Below are positions 55,541 through 64,000 of a stretch of 64,000 nucleotides of DNA, piece after piece. Source of the DNA: Bacteroidota bacterium (GTDB lineage Bacteria; Bacteroidota; Ignavibacteria; UBA10030; SZUA-254); the NCBI GenBank assembly GCA_035635475.1, contig DASQAZ010000113.1:360-64359 (forward strand), written 5' to 3'. The position numbers and the translations under genes were made by a program. Position 1 is the stretch's first letter. Each line of letters opens with the position of its first letter. The notes beneath the pieces were generated by a model. It was not told the origin of the DNA, did no database searches, and saw nothing but the letters and a program-made list of their open reading frames with translations.

Positions 55541-55978
55541 ATGGAATCGTATACGACACTCTCAGAGAGCGAAACGATGGCGCTTGGCGCCAGGTTTTCC
55601 GAGCGCCTCCGGCCCGGCGATGTGGTCGCGGTCTCCGGCGACCTGGGGACCGGAAAGACGCGCTTTGTTCAAGGCGTCTGCAAGGCACTCGGCGTCGGCG
55701 GTCATGTCGCAAGCCCCACGTTCACGATCGTCAATGAGTATCGCACTCCCCGAACGGTCGTCTACCACATCGATTTTTATAGAGTGAACTCATCGGCGGA
55801 AATCCGCGATCTTGGATTCGAGGAGTACGTGTCGGGAAAAGGAATCTGCCTCATCGAATGGGCGGAAAAGGCGGCCGGTTTCCTCCCGCGGCCCCGGTAC
55901 GACGTGTCTCTCAATTTTGGGAAGGGTGTCGACACGCGGCAGGTACGGATTGAAGAAATCATCGAGGTTCCGGCATGA
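55541..55978 (+). CDS. tsaE: tRNA t6A37 biosynthesis ATPase TsaE
   Basis: GDLGTGKTRFVQG (P-loop), SPTFTIVNEY and HIDFYR. Confidence 0.88.
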   Translation: MESYTTLSESETMALGARFSERLRPGDVVAVSGDLGTGKTRFVQGVCKALGVGGHVASPTFTIVNEYRTPRTVVYHIDFYRVNSSAEIRDLGFEEYVSGKGICLIEWAEKAAGFLPRPRYDVSLNFGKGVDTRQVRIEEIIEVPA

Positions 55979-56691
55979 CGATCCTTGCCATTGAAACTGC
56001 GACCGAAGTCTGCGGCGCCGCCGTGATTGGAAACGGCGCTGTGATCGGAGAATCAAGCATCACCGCCCCGCACGTTCATTCTGAAAAGCTCATCGGCCTC
56101 GTGGATGAAGCGCTCCGGCGTGCCGCGATCGACCTCGGCGGGATCGACGGGATCGCTGTATCGATCGGACCCGGTTCATTCACCGGGCTGCGCATCGGGT
56201 TAAGCGTGGCAAAAGGACTTGCCTTCGCCTGCGGCAAGCCGGTTGTCCCCGTGCCGACTCTCAAAGGTCTCGCCGCACGGGCCGGCCGCGAGTCTCTCGT
56301 AAGCTCTCCAAGCCTCGTTCTCGCGATGATCGATGCCGGGCGGGATGAAATCTACTTTGCCGCTTACCGCGACATGAAAGAAGTCGCTCAACCCCGGGCT
56401 GCGGCGCGGGAAGAGGTCGTCGGGCTCTTTGCCGATGAAAGTCGCATAGTTATTATGGGAGACGGAGCGGACAAATTCCAGCCGTGGCTTGCGGCCGCGC
56501 ACCCCTCGCTCTCACTCCGGTTCCTGTTTCCACCGCGCGCTCGCCGCCTGTGCAGCGCCGCCGCAGTCGGACTCATCGGTGAGGAGGAGCTGGCAGCCGG
56601 GCACACCGCCGATCTTGCTGCTCTTGAGCCGGTCTATATTAAAGACTTCCGGTCGCTCATTCGAGAACATCATCCGGAGGTGCACTCCTGA
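55975..56691 (+). CDS. tsaB: tRNA t6A37 biosynthesis protein TsaB
   Basis: ILAIETATEVCGAAV, IAVSIGPGSFTGLRIGLSVAKGLA. It overlaps tsaE by 4 nt. Confidence 0.85.
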   Translation: MTILAIETATEVCGAAVIGNGAVIGESSITAPHVHSEKLIGLVDEALRRAAIDLGGIDGIAVSIGPGSFTGLRIGLSVAKGLAFACGKPVVPVPTLKGLAARAGRESLVSSPSLVLAMIDAGRDEIYFAAYRDMKEVAQPRAAAREEVVGLFADESRIVIMGDGADKFQPWLAAAHPSLSLRFLFPPRARRLCSAAAVGLIGEEELAAGHTADLAALEPVYIKDFRSLIREHHPEVHS

Positions 56692-57533
56692 TGGCGTGGT
56701 TTCGCCGGTCTAAAGCGAGTATTACCGCCGAGCCCCAGCGCAAGGACACCCCGGACGGGATGTGGACGAAGTGCCTAAGCTGCGGCGAGATTGTTCACCG
56801 AAAACAGCTCGAGCAGCAGCTCTTCACGTGCGCCAAATGCAATTACCATTTCCGGATCGGCAGCAAGGAATATCTCGCGATTCTCATCGACGAAGGGACT
56901 TTTAAGGAAATGGATCGGAAGATGAAATCCACCGACCCACTTCAATTTCAAGATACAAAACGCTACAAAGACCGGATCAGGGAGACGATCCGGAAGACCG
57001 GCCTCAACGACGCGATACGGACAGGCACGGGGAAGATCGGCGGCATTGAGGTTGCAGTCGGCGTGATGGATTTCAGTTTCATCGGCGGGAGCATGGGTTC
57101 GGTCGTCGGAGAAAAAGTGGCCCACGCGATCCACAGAGCCAGGAAGGCGAAAATACCCCTCGTGATCGTTTCTTCAAGCGGGGGCGCGCGTATGATGGAA
57201 GGCGCTCTTTCCCTGATGCAGCTTGCGAAGACGAGCGCGAAGCTGGCCCAGCTATCCGACGCCGGAATCCCCTATATTTCCGTCATGACCGATCCGACCA
57301 CCGGGGGGGTGACGGCGAGCTACGCTATGCTCGGCGATATTAACATTGCCGAGCCCGGGGCTCTTATCGGCTTCGCAGGTCCGCGGGTTATAAAACAGAC
57401 GATCGGCAAGGACCTGCCGGAGGGGTTCCAACGGTCGGAGTTCCAGCTTGAGCACGGTTTTGTCGATGCCGTTGTCCACCGGAAAGACATGAAGGAGACG
57501 ATCACGAGGCTCTTAAAGTTGATGTGGGTGTAA
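56691..57533 (+). CDS. accD: acetyl-CoA carboxylase carboxyltransferase subunit beta
   Basis: Zinc ribbon WTKCLSCGEIVHRKQLEQQLFTCAKCNYHFRI, plus GGSMGSVVGEK and GARMMEG. Confidence 0.93.
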   Translation: MAWFRRSKASITAEPQRKDTPDGMWTKCLSCGEIVHRKQLEQQLFTCAKCNYHFRIGSKEYLAILIDEGTFKEMDRKMKSTDPLQFQDTKRYKDRIRETIRKTGLNDAIRTGTGKIGGIEVAVGVMDFSFIGGSMGSVVGEKVAHAIHRARKAKIPLVIVSSSGGARMMEGALSLMQLAKTSAKLAQLSDAGIPYISVMTDPTTGGVTASYAMLGDINIAEPGALIGFAGPRVIKQTIGKDLPEGFQRSEFQLEHGFVDAVVHRKDMKETITRLLKLMWV

Positions 57534-57763
57534 ACGCCCTTTCCCTACAGGTTGTCTCAGTAGCATGCTCCCGATCGCTCCCCAGCACCCCCAGCATCCC
57601 GTTTTACCCGGTCCCGCCCTTCGTACTCCCGCTTTACGCACTCCCGCCGTGCGGTAGCTAGCGTCATCCACGCAGCCGAAAGGCTCTAACCTCAACCAAT
57701 ACTTTCATTTAAGCCCGGAAGGTATTGTAACTAAAATAAATATTTATTAACTTGGATTCCATC

Positions 57764-58669
57764 ATGACGATCCATATCATAGGTGTTCCGATGGATCTCG
57801 GGGCCGGACGGCGTGGAGTCGACATGGGGCCTTCCGCGATCAGAATCGCAGGTATCGGCCCTCGGCTCGTTGATCTCGGATATAAGGTCATCGATGAGGG
57901 CGATCTCTCGATCAAGACGCAGGAAGAACAGAAGATCAAGGATCCCCACGCGAAGTATCTGCCGGAAATCACGCGGGTTGCCGGTATCCTGAGCCGAAAG
58001 GTCGAAAAGATACTCCACCATGGGCATTTCCCCCTGGTGCTCGGCGGAGATCATTCGATTGCGATCGGGACTATCAGCGGGGTAGCCGTAGAGGCTCGAA
58101 GGAAACGCTTGAAAGTCGGCGTGCTCTGGGTCGATGCACATGCCGATTTCAACACACCGGAGAGCTCGCCGTCGGGGAACATCCATGGAATGCCCCTGGC
58201 GGCCTGCATCGGGCTTGGTCCGAGGGCACTTACCCGGATCGGCGGAGTGTTTAAGAAAGTAGAGCCGCAAAACGTTGCGATTGTCGGACTTCGCACGCTC
58301 GACAAAGGTGAGCGTGCAAACATTTTACGGTATGGAGTGAAGATCTTTACGATGGAAGACATCGATAAATATGGCATCCACCACGTGATGAACGAATTCC
58401 ACCGGCGTATCGGAAAGAAGGTCGACCACCTCCACGTCAGCTTTGATCTTGACAGCGTCGATCCGGTCTATGCTCCCGGAGTTGGCACGCCGGTGAAGGG
58501 GGGATTGGACTACCGTGAGGCACATTTAATAATGGAAATGGTCGCAGAATCAAAGAAGATGCGGTCCCTCGAGCTCGTTGAGGTGAATCCCATCCTCGAC
58601 AATCGTAACCAATCAGCAGAGTTTGCCGTAGAGTTGATGCAGTCGGCTTTCGGTAAGAAGATCCTGTAA
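57764..58669 (+). CDS. rocF: arginase
   Basis: Ureohydrolase Mn-binding motifs GGDHSIAIGT, VDAHADFNTPESSPSGNIHGMPLA and SFDLDSVDP. The ATG at 57764 is preferred over the TTG at 57752. Confidence 0.85.
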   Translation: MTIHIIGVPMDLGAGRRGVDMGPSAIRIAGIGPRLVDLGYKVIDEGDLSIKTQEEQKIKDPHAKYLPEITRVAGILSRKVEKILHHGHFPLVLGGDHSIAIGTISGVAVEARRKRLKVGVLWVDAHADFNTPESSPSGNIHGMPLAACIGLGPRALTRIGGVFKKVEPQNVAIVGLRTLDKGERANILRYGVKIFTMEDIDKYGIHHVMNEFHRRIGKKVDHLHVSFDLDSVDPVYAPGVGTPVKGGLDYREAHLIMEMVAESKKMRSLELVEVNPILDNRNQSAEFAVELMQSAFGKKIL

Positions 58670-58707
58670 TGGGATGGCGGCCTGGCGATCTGGCGGGGAA
58701 CTGAGGA

Positions 58708-59478
58708 TTGAGGAAATCGTATTTTTCGGAGAAAGACTTCCGGCCGATCCGGCTGATCGCGCTCCTGAGCAGTCTCGTGCTCCACATGCTGATCATCCTG
58801 GGGCTATTATATTATGTGCAGCGGCAGGCGGAGCAGGCGCGCCAGGAGGAGATGCTCTGGGGGAGCAGCGGCGGAGGGGGCGGGGAAGGTGAACAAGACT
58901 ACATCATACAATTCGGACCTCAAAGCAATCCCGAGCAAGGCAAACCGGCGCAAGAGAACACCACCACGGCACAGTTCAAGCTGATCGATATCCACGTGTA
59001 CAGCGAGCATCCGCACGCCCTGCCGGTCGTTGAGAAGATCCCGCCCAAGCCCGTCGCGAAGAAGCAAAAGAAGCGGCAGACGATCATTGCGGAGAATTTG
59101 CCCACCCGGTGGATCCGGCATGGTTCAGGGCCCGGGTCCGGCGGAGGCGCGGGGGGTGGGAGCGGAGGCGGCGTCGGAAAATCAACGGGATATTCGATTG
59201 ACTGGGGGGGCACCGGGTCACGGCGGCTCCTCAGCGGGCGCATCCCGCGCTACCCGGAGGGAACCGACAAGCAGATGGCGGTAATCCTGAGGTTCACCGT
59301 CCTTCCCGACGGGTCGGTGGACGCAATCCTTCCCGCACGCAAAACCGATGAACTTCTTGAAAGCGCGGCGATCGACGCGCTGCGAACCTGGAGATTCGAT
59401 CCGCTCCCCGAACAGATGCAACCTGAATCTCAGACCGGGAGGGTTACCTTCGTTTTCAAACTCGAGCTTTCCAAATAA
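58708..59478 (+). CDS. TonB-family energy transducer (C-terminal TonB domain)
   Basis: N-terminal TM anchor (LIALLSSLVLHMLIILGLLYY), a Pro/Gly-rich linker, and C-terminal ILRFTVLPDGSVDAILPARKTDELLESAAIDALRTWRFDP. The start is TTG. Confidence 0.6.
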   Translation: MRKSYFSEKDFRPIRLIALLSSLVLHMLIILGLLYYVQRQAEQARQEEMLWGSSGGGGGEGEQDYIIQFGPQSNPEQGKPAQENTTTAQFKLIDIHVYSEHPHALPVVEKIPPKPVAKKQKKRQTIIAENLPTRWIRHGSGPGSGGGAGGGSGGGVGKSTGYSIDWGGTGSRRLLSGRIPRYPEGTDKQMAVILRFTVLPDGSVDAILPARKTDELLESAAIDALRTWRFDPLPEQMQPESQTGRVTFVFKLELSK

Positions 59479-61394
59479 TGAAAGGTGAAATGCATCCCAT
59501 GAAACTTAGAACAGCGAACGAAAGATTTATCAGAGCACTCTTTACGCTCGCCGTTGTCTTATCGCAGACTCTCGCCAGCGCCCAGGGATCGAGGAGGCTT
59601 GAGCCACAGTGGTGGTTTGGGGGCGAGGTCGGACCGAACTTTAATTCCTACAGCAGCGATATCAGCCAGCAGCAATTCGGATTGGCGGGCGCGCCGAATT
59701 TCACTCAAGGGTCGGGGGCCGGGGTCTTTCTTTCACCGCTCCTCGAATACCGCCCGGACCCGATCTGGGGCGGGATGCTCGCGCTCGGTTTTGACGGGCG
59801 GGGCGGGTCGTTCACGGATGTGGCGAGCGGGGGTTCCAATTACTCACTCCGGACATCGATGAACTATATCAGTCTCGAGCCGAGCGTGAGGGCCACACCG
59901 TTCATCGTGCCGTTCTATTTCTTCGCCGGCCCGCGATTCGGCTTCACCGTCGCCAAGTCGTTCACCCATACGGTCTCCCCGGGAACGGAGACGAACGGGG
60001 AATGGACGAATGCGCGGGGCACGGTGCTTGGGGCACAGCTCGGGGCCGGATATGATATTCCATTATCTGATCCGAATTCTCCGAGCCAGCTCGACCTCTC
60101 GCCATTTGTCGCATTTCATTTCGGGCAGGGGCCGAGGTCCGAAGAGCGGTGGTCGTTGACCACGGTGCGGCTGGGTCTTGCGATGAAAATCGGCTCGACC
60201 GGCGGAGTCAGAAGAGCCGTTGAGACCGGCGTGCAGTTTTCGGTGCGTGCGCCGAAGCTGATTCCCGTCGAACGAAAGGTCAAAGAAACGTTTCCCATCA
60301 GGAACTTTATCTTTTTTGACGAAGGGTCGAATGCGATTCCGGCGAGATACATAAAGCTCGCACACGAAGAAGCGGCGCGGTTCAGAGAAGAACAGCTCGT
60401 TCAACCCGAGCCGAAAGACCTCTCCGGCCGCTCCCGCAGACAGTTGACAGTTTATCACAACATTCTCAACATCCTCGGGGACCGAATGCGCCGGCACCCG
60501 TCGGCGAGTGTGAAGCTGATCGGCTCGTCGGAGCAGGGAACGGCGAACGGACGCGAGCTGGCAGAGGCCGTGAAGAGATACCTGGCGGACGCTTTCGGCA
60601 TCGAGGAACAACGAATCCTTACGGAGGGAAGATCGAAACCCGAGATTCCCTCGATGCAGCCGGGGGCGACGCGCGAGCTCGAACTCGTTCGCCCGGAAGA
60701 CCGGCGCGTCGACATCACGAGTGCCGAGCCCCAGCTCCTTGAGCCCGTGCAGATCATATCGCTGCAGGAAGACCCGCTCGACAGCGACGTTCTCCTGACG
60801 GTCACAGGCGCCGAGGATCTGCTCGCTTCCTGGTCGGTTGCCGCCACCGATGAGAACGGAGCAACGAAACGGTATGGGCCATTTACTTCGCCGGAAGAAC
60901 GCATCTCCGGAAAAACGATCCTCGGCGACCGGATGCAGGGACGGTACACCGTGGTCCTCGATGGCATCACAAAATCGGGACAAACAGTCGAGAAGGAACA
61001 AACCATCCGGCTCGTGCGCTCGGACCAGCCGGAAGAAGAGCCCGGCCTGCGGTTTAGTATTCTTTTCGAGTTCGACCAGTCGAAGACGGTCTCCACCTAT
61101 GAACGGTTTCTTACCGGCACCGTCGCTCCCCTGATTCCCGAAGGGGGGAGTGTCATCATCCACGGCCATACCGATATCATCGGAGAAGAGAGTCACAATC
61201 TGAAACTCGCGCGCGACCGGGCTCAGGAGACGATGGCAGTTCTCCAGCGGGAGCTCGCGAAAGCCGGGAAACGCCGCGTGAAATTCGACACGTACGGGTT
61301 CGGCGAGGACGTCCGGCGCGCACCCTTCGATAACCGATTGCCCGAGGAACGGTTTTATAATCGCACGGTGATTATTGATATTCTGCCGGAATAA
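59478..61394 (+). CDS. OmpA-family outer-membrane protein (N-terminal barrel-like region, C-terminal OmpA_C-like domain)
   Basis: Signal peptide (LFTLAVVLSQTLASAQG). The C-terminus is IIHGHTDIIGEESHNLKLARDRAQETMAVL...YGFGE, matching the peptidoglycan-binding OmpA domain. Confidence 0.75.
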   Translation: MKGEMHPMKLRTANERFIRALFTLAVVLSQTLASAQGSRRLEPQWWFGGEVGPNFNSYSSDISQQQFGLAGAPNFTQGSGAGVFLSPLLEYRPDPIWGGMLALGFDGRGGSFTDVASGGSNYSLRTSMNYISLEPSVRATPFIVPFYFFAGPRFGFTVAKSFTHTVSPGTETNGEWTNARGTVLGAQLGAGYDIPLSDPNSPSQLDLSPFVAFHFGQGPRSEERWSLTTVRLGLAMKIGSTGGVRRAVETGVQFSVRAPKLIPVERKVKETFPIRNFIFFDEGSNAIPARYIKLAHEEAARFREEQLVQPEPKDLSGRSRRQLTVYHNILNILGDRMRRHPSASVKLIGSSEQGTANGRELAEAVKRYLADAFGIEEQRILTEGRSKPEIPSMQPGATRELELVRPEDRRVDITSAEPQLLEPVQIISLQEDPLDSDVLLTVTGAEDLLASWSVAATDENGATKRYGPFTSPEERISGKTILGDRMQGRYTVVLDGITKSGQTVEKEQTIRLVRSDQPEEEPGLRFSILFEFDQSKTVSTYERFLTGTVAPLIPEGGSVIIHGHTDIIGEESHNLKLARDRAQETMAVLQRELAKAGKRRVKFDTYGFGEDVRRAPFDNRLPEERFYNRTVIIDILPE

Positions 61395-64000
61395 GGGCCG
61401 GAGTAAAGAGCCCGGCTGCAGCGCGATCCACCCGCGGAGGCTGTGGGCGGCGGGATTTACTTTTTTGCTGTTCGCTGCAACGTGTTTTTGCCAGATCCCT
61501 CCCCTAAAGACCGCGGATCTCACCGGCGAGGCGACCGATTGGATGGAGGCGGGAGCGTATCATGTCGCCATTCAAAAGCTTGCGGAAATCCTTCGCGCTT
61601 CATCCTTCACCGAGCAGAATCGGGATGTCCTCTTCTGGCTCGTGCAGTCGAGCTTCAAGGACCAGCAATATGAGGAGGCCTATCAATGGGGGACGGAGTT
61701 CTTACAGGAAAACCCCAACGATGTCCGGCGTGTGGGCGTGCTCTTCATGCAGGGCGTGAGCGCCTATCACACGCGGAGGCTGGATGATGCAACGAGGTCC
61801 CTGGGCGAGTATCTTAAAGAGGGGGGAGATCATCCCGAGCGAGGCGCAGGCTGTTTCTGGCATGCGATGGCGGAGCTTGACAAAGGTGACACGGCGGCCG
61901 CGCAGAATGACATTCAGCGCTGCATGGACGACCCATCCTCCCGGGCGTACCGTGACTACATTCTCATGGGTTGGGCGCTCTCATTGGAGCGCCGGGGGAA
62001 TCTCGATGAGGCCGCCGATCGTCTCGATCGACTGCTGTCGGAATATCCTCAAAGCGAACTTGCCACGGATGCGCGCCTGCGCATTGCCTCGATTTCACTG
62101 AGGCAGGGCAGGTTGGCCCGCACCCTTAAGATGTTGGATGAAACTTCCCCCTCCCTTCCGTCGCAGCACCAGGAGTATCTTTTGTTAAGAGCCGAGGCGA
62201 ATCTCCGCCTGGGCCGATATTCCGCGGCACACGACGCGTACGAGGAGTTCACCTCGAAGTACGAGGACAGCCCGTACGAGAGAAACGCGCGGTACGGCCT
62301 CGCCTGGTCGCTCGTCAAGCTCCACGATTACTCGACTGCGCAAATCGTCTTCGACTCTCTCAGTACGGGGAAGGACTCGCTGGCGTTCGCGTCGATGTAT
62401 CAGAGCGGGATTCTTTCGCTCCTGCGGGGGAAGATGAGCACAGCGTTGACAACGCTCGATTCGCTGACCTCGCTCTCTCCGTATGACCGGGACGCGGTCA
62501 GCGCTTACTATCAAATGGGAATGATCGAATACCGGAGCAAGCATTACCGGGAAGCCCGCCGGTACTTCCAGCTTGCCGCGCGGCTCTTCCCGGAGAGCAA
62601 CCTGCGCGCCGCGGCGTATCGCATGCTGGGAGAGAGCAATATGGCGATCGGCGACTTCTCCAATGCCCAGTATGCCTTCGGCCAGGTGAGGCATTTGAAC
62701 GCCCAGGCGGAACTGCTCGCACCTTCGCTTTTTCAGGAGGGGGTGTCGCTCTATCACCTCGGACGGTTCAGGACCTGTGAGGAGCGATTCAAAGAATTCC
62801 TCGACCAGTATCCGGGCAATCCGAGGGCCGGCGAGGCCTACGTTTGGCGGGGAGAGGCGCTCTATCAGGACAGCCGCTTTCCGGAAGCCGAGCGATCCTA
62901 TTCCGATGCCCTCCGCCTTTTCCCGAAAAACCCGAGGCAGGCGCAAGCGTCGTATGGATATGCATGGTCCCTCTTTGAGGAGAAGAGGTTTTCCCCGGCG
63001 GCGGACGCCTTCGAGCGCTTCTCGAAGTCATATCCGAACGATGCCCACACCCTCGATGCGAAACTTCGAAAGGCCGACTGCTATTTTGCCACCGGAGAAT
63101 ATGACAAGGCGGAGGGGCTCTATGCGTCCCTTGCCACCGAAAAAGCAAGCAGCCGCCAGGTTGAGTATGCCGCATTCCAGCTCGCCATGTCGTACATTCA
63201 GCGTGGGGAGTCCGACCGGGGTATCGGACAGCTCCGGGACTTTCTGGGCCGCTATCCCTCCTCGATGTATGCAGAGATTGTGCAATTCAATATCGGCTGG
63301 ACCTATTTTTCAAGAGAACAATATACGGATGCAGTGACCGAACTGAAGACGGTCTTGCGCAAGTACGGCGACAGCCAGATTCTGCCCCGCGTGCTGTTCA
63401 ATCTGGGGGACGCCTATTACAATTTGAAGCAGTATGATAGCGCGAGGGTGTATTATCAGCGCGTCATAAAAGAATACCCTTCAAGCCTGCTCGTTGCCGA
63501 CGCGCTCTCGGGCCTTCAGTACACGTATGAGGCGGAGGGAAAGCCTGCGGGAGCCCTCGCAGAAATTGAAAAGGTGATCCGGGATAAACCCGCCGGTGCG
63601 CCGGAGGAGGAATTACTTCTGAAGAAAGGGGATATCCTGTTCGGTCAGGGCGACTTTGCCGGGGCAATCGGCGAATACCAGCGGGTGCTCGCGATGAAGA
63701 CGGCGCCCTTGGTCAAGGGGAAGGCGCTCTACCAGCTTGGCCGGTCCTACGAGCAGGAAGATAACCCCCTGCGTGCGATCTCGTTCTACGAGCAGGTTCC
63801 GACAGAAGCGCCGGGCACGGACATTATTCCCCAGGCGGCGCTTGCGCTCGGGCTGGCTCATCTGAAAGCGAAGCATTACGCGCGCGCCGCCGACGCGCTG
63901 AAAGACTTCGGACGCCGCTTCCCGGATTCGCCGCTGCTCGCCGAAGCGCAGTATCAGCTCGGCACTGCCCTCTCGAATACAGCCGACAAGGAAGGGGCGG
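61375..64000 (+). CDS. tetratricopeptide-repeat protein (3' end outside window; not in the ORF track because no stop is reached)
   Basis: Frame 1 is open from the stop at 61369-61371 to nt 64000 by my own translation. It has a signal-like LWAAGFTFLLFAATCFCQ, then many TPR/YbgF-like units (e.g. ARYGLAWSLVKLHDYSTA, AYYQMGMIEYRSKHYREARRYFQ, FNLGDAYYNLKQYDSARVYYQRVIKEYP). The start is unresolved (TTG 61375 or CTG 61441). Confidence 0.75.
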   Translation, partial: MIFCRNKGRSKEPGCSAIHPRRLWAAGFTFLLFAATCFCQIPPLKTADLTGEATDWMEAGAYHVAIQKLAEILRASSFTEQNRDVLFWLVQSSFKDQQYEEAYQWGTEFLQENPNDVRRVGVLFMQGVSAYHTRRLDDATRSLGEYLKEGGDHPERGAGCFWHAMAELDKGDTAAAQNDIQRCMDDPSSRAYRDYILMGWALSLERRGNLDEAADRLDRLLSEYPQSELATDARLRIASISLRQGRLARTLKMLDETSPSLPSQHQEYLLLRAEANLRLGRYSAAHDAYEEFTSKYEDSPYERNARYGLAWSLVKLHDYSTAQIVFDSLSTGKDSLAFASMYQSGILSLLRGKMSTALTTLDSLTSLSPYDRDAVSAYYQMGMIEYRSKHYREARRYFQLAARLFPESNLRAAAYRMLGESNMAIGDFSNAQYAFGQVRHLNAQAELLAPSLFQEGVSLYHLGRFRTCEERFKEFLDQYPGNPRAGEAYVWRGEALYQDSRFPEAERSYSDALRLFPKNPRQAQASYGYAWSLFEEKRFSPAADAFERFSKSYPNDAHTLDAKLRKADCYFATGEYDKAEGLYASLATEKASSRQVEYAAFQLAMSYIQRGESDRGIGQLRDFLGRYPSSMYAEIVQFNIGWTYFSREQYTDAVTELKTVLRKYGDSQILPRVLFNLGDAYYNLKQYDSARVYYQRVIKEYPSSLLVADALSGLQYTYEAEGKPAGALAEIEKVIRDKPAGAPEEELLLKKGDILFGQGDFAGAIGEYQRVLAMKTAPLVKGKALYQLGRSYEQEDNPLRAISFYEQVPTEAPGTDIIPQAALALGLAHLKAKHYARAADALKDFGRRFPDSPLLAEAQYQLGTALSNTADKEGA

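Noticed and set aside
57513-57695. 60-aa minus-strand ORF with repetitive GVRKAGVRRAG and CWGCWG sequence
   Set aside because: It is the translation of the complement of the C-rich repeat spacer after accD. It has no start context and is low complexity.
60063-61523. 486-aa minus-strand ORF opposite the OmpA-family gene
   Set aside because: The plus-strand frame ends in a canonical OmpA_C domain. The antisense product is Arg-rich low complexity.
62185-62946. 253-aa minus-strand ORF, and the plus-strand frame-2 ORFs at 61562-62101 and 62777-63337
   Set aside because: Hand translation of frame 1 gives an uninterrupted TPR protein from ~61375 to the window end. The listed ORFs are off-frame or antisense to it.
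1-64000. Search by eye for CRISPR arrays, rRNA genes and additional tRNAs
   Set aside because: No regularly spaced direct repeats, no rRNA-like conserved blocks and no further cloverleaf candidates were noticed in intergenic regions. This was a visual scan only, so small elements may have been missed.

Overview
This window is about 58-60% GC and appears to come from an FCB-group bacterium (Bacteroidota, Ignavibacteriota or Rhodothermota-like). That placement rests on a full set of type IX secretion (T9SS) genes, the short glycogen-synthase/DUF4270-like synteny and LptF/G permeases. Most of it is densely packed housekeeping and envelope genes. These include dxr, rseP, dnaX, glyA, tatC, a polyprenyl synthase, gmhB, tsaE, tsaB, accD, an arginase, and a TonB/OmpA/TPR group. 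No rRNA genes or CRISPR arrays were seen.

Five things stand out:
1. A 3.8-kb AT-rich IS1-family transposon lies at 14616-18432. It has 16-bp perfect terminal inverted repeats (ends GGTAGTG, matching the family consensus GGnnnTG) and an 8-bp target duplication, CAAGGAAG. Besides its transposase it carries about 3 kb of passengers: two small ORFs, a Panacea/DUF4065-like antitoxin with a RelE/ParE-like toxin, a tRNA-Thr(GGU) with stem mismatches, a possible winged-helix ORF and a 4-TM protein.
2. A large T9SS neighbourhood spans about 30.7-55.5 kb. It contains porU, porV, an FG-GAP/CTD cargo protein with an apparently dead M6-like motif, an unusual HExxH-peptidase/PD40/Omp85 fusion, lptF/G-family genes, sprA and porX.
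3. An orphan consensus promoter, a structured ~190-nt region and a strong intrinsic terminator sit just upstream of porU.
4. dnaX contains an A9G slippery run whose -1 frame stops 5 codons later, which would give a gamma-like product.
5. A tightly coupled four-gene module encodes a secreted protein, a FecR-like protein, a large envelope protein and a CHASE2 cyclase.

Many long antisense ORFs in the six-frame track are high-GC artefacts and were rejected.
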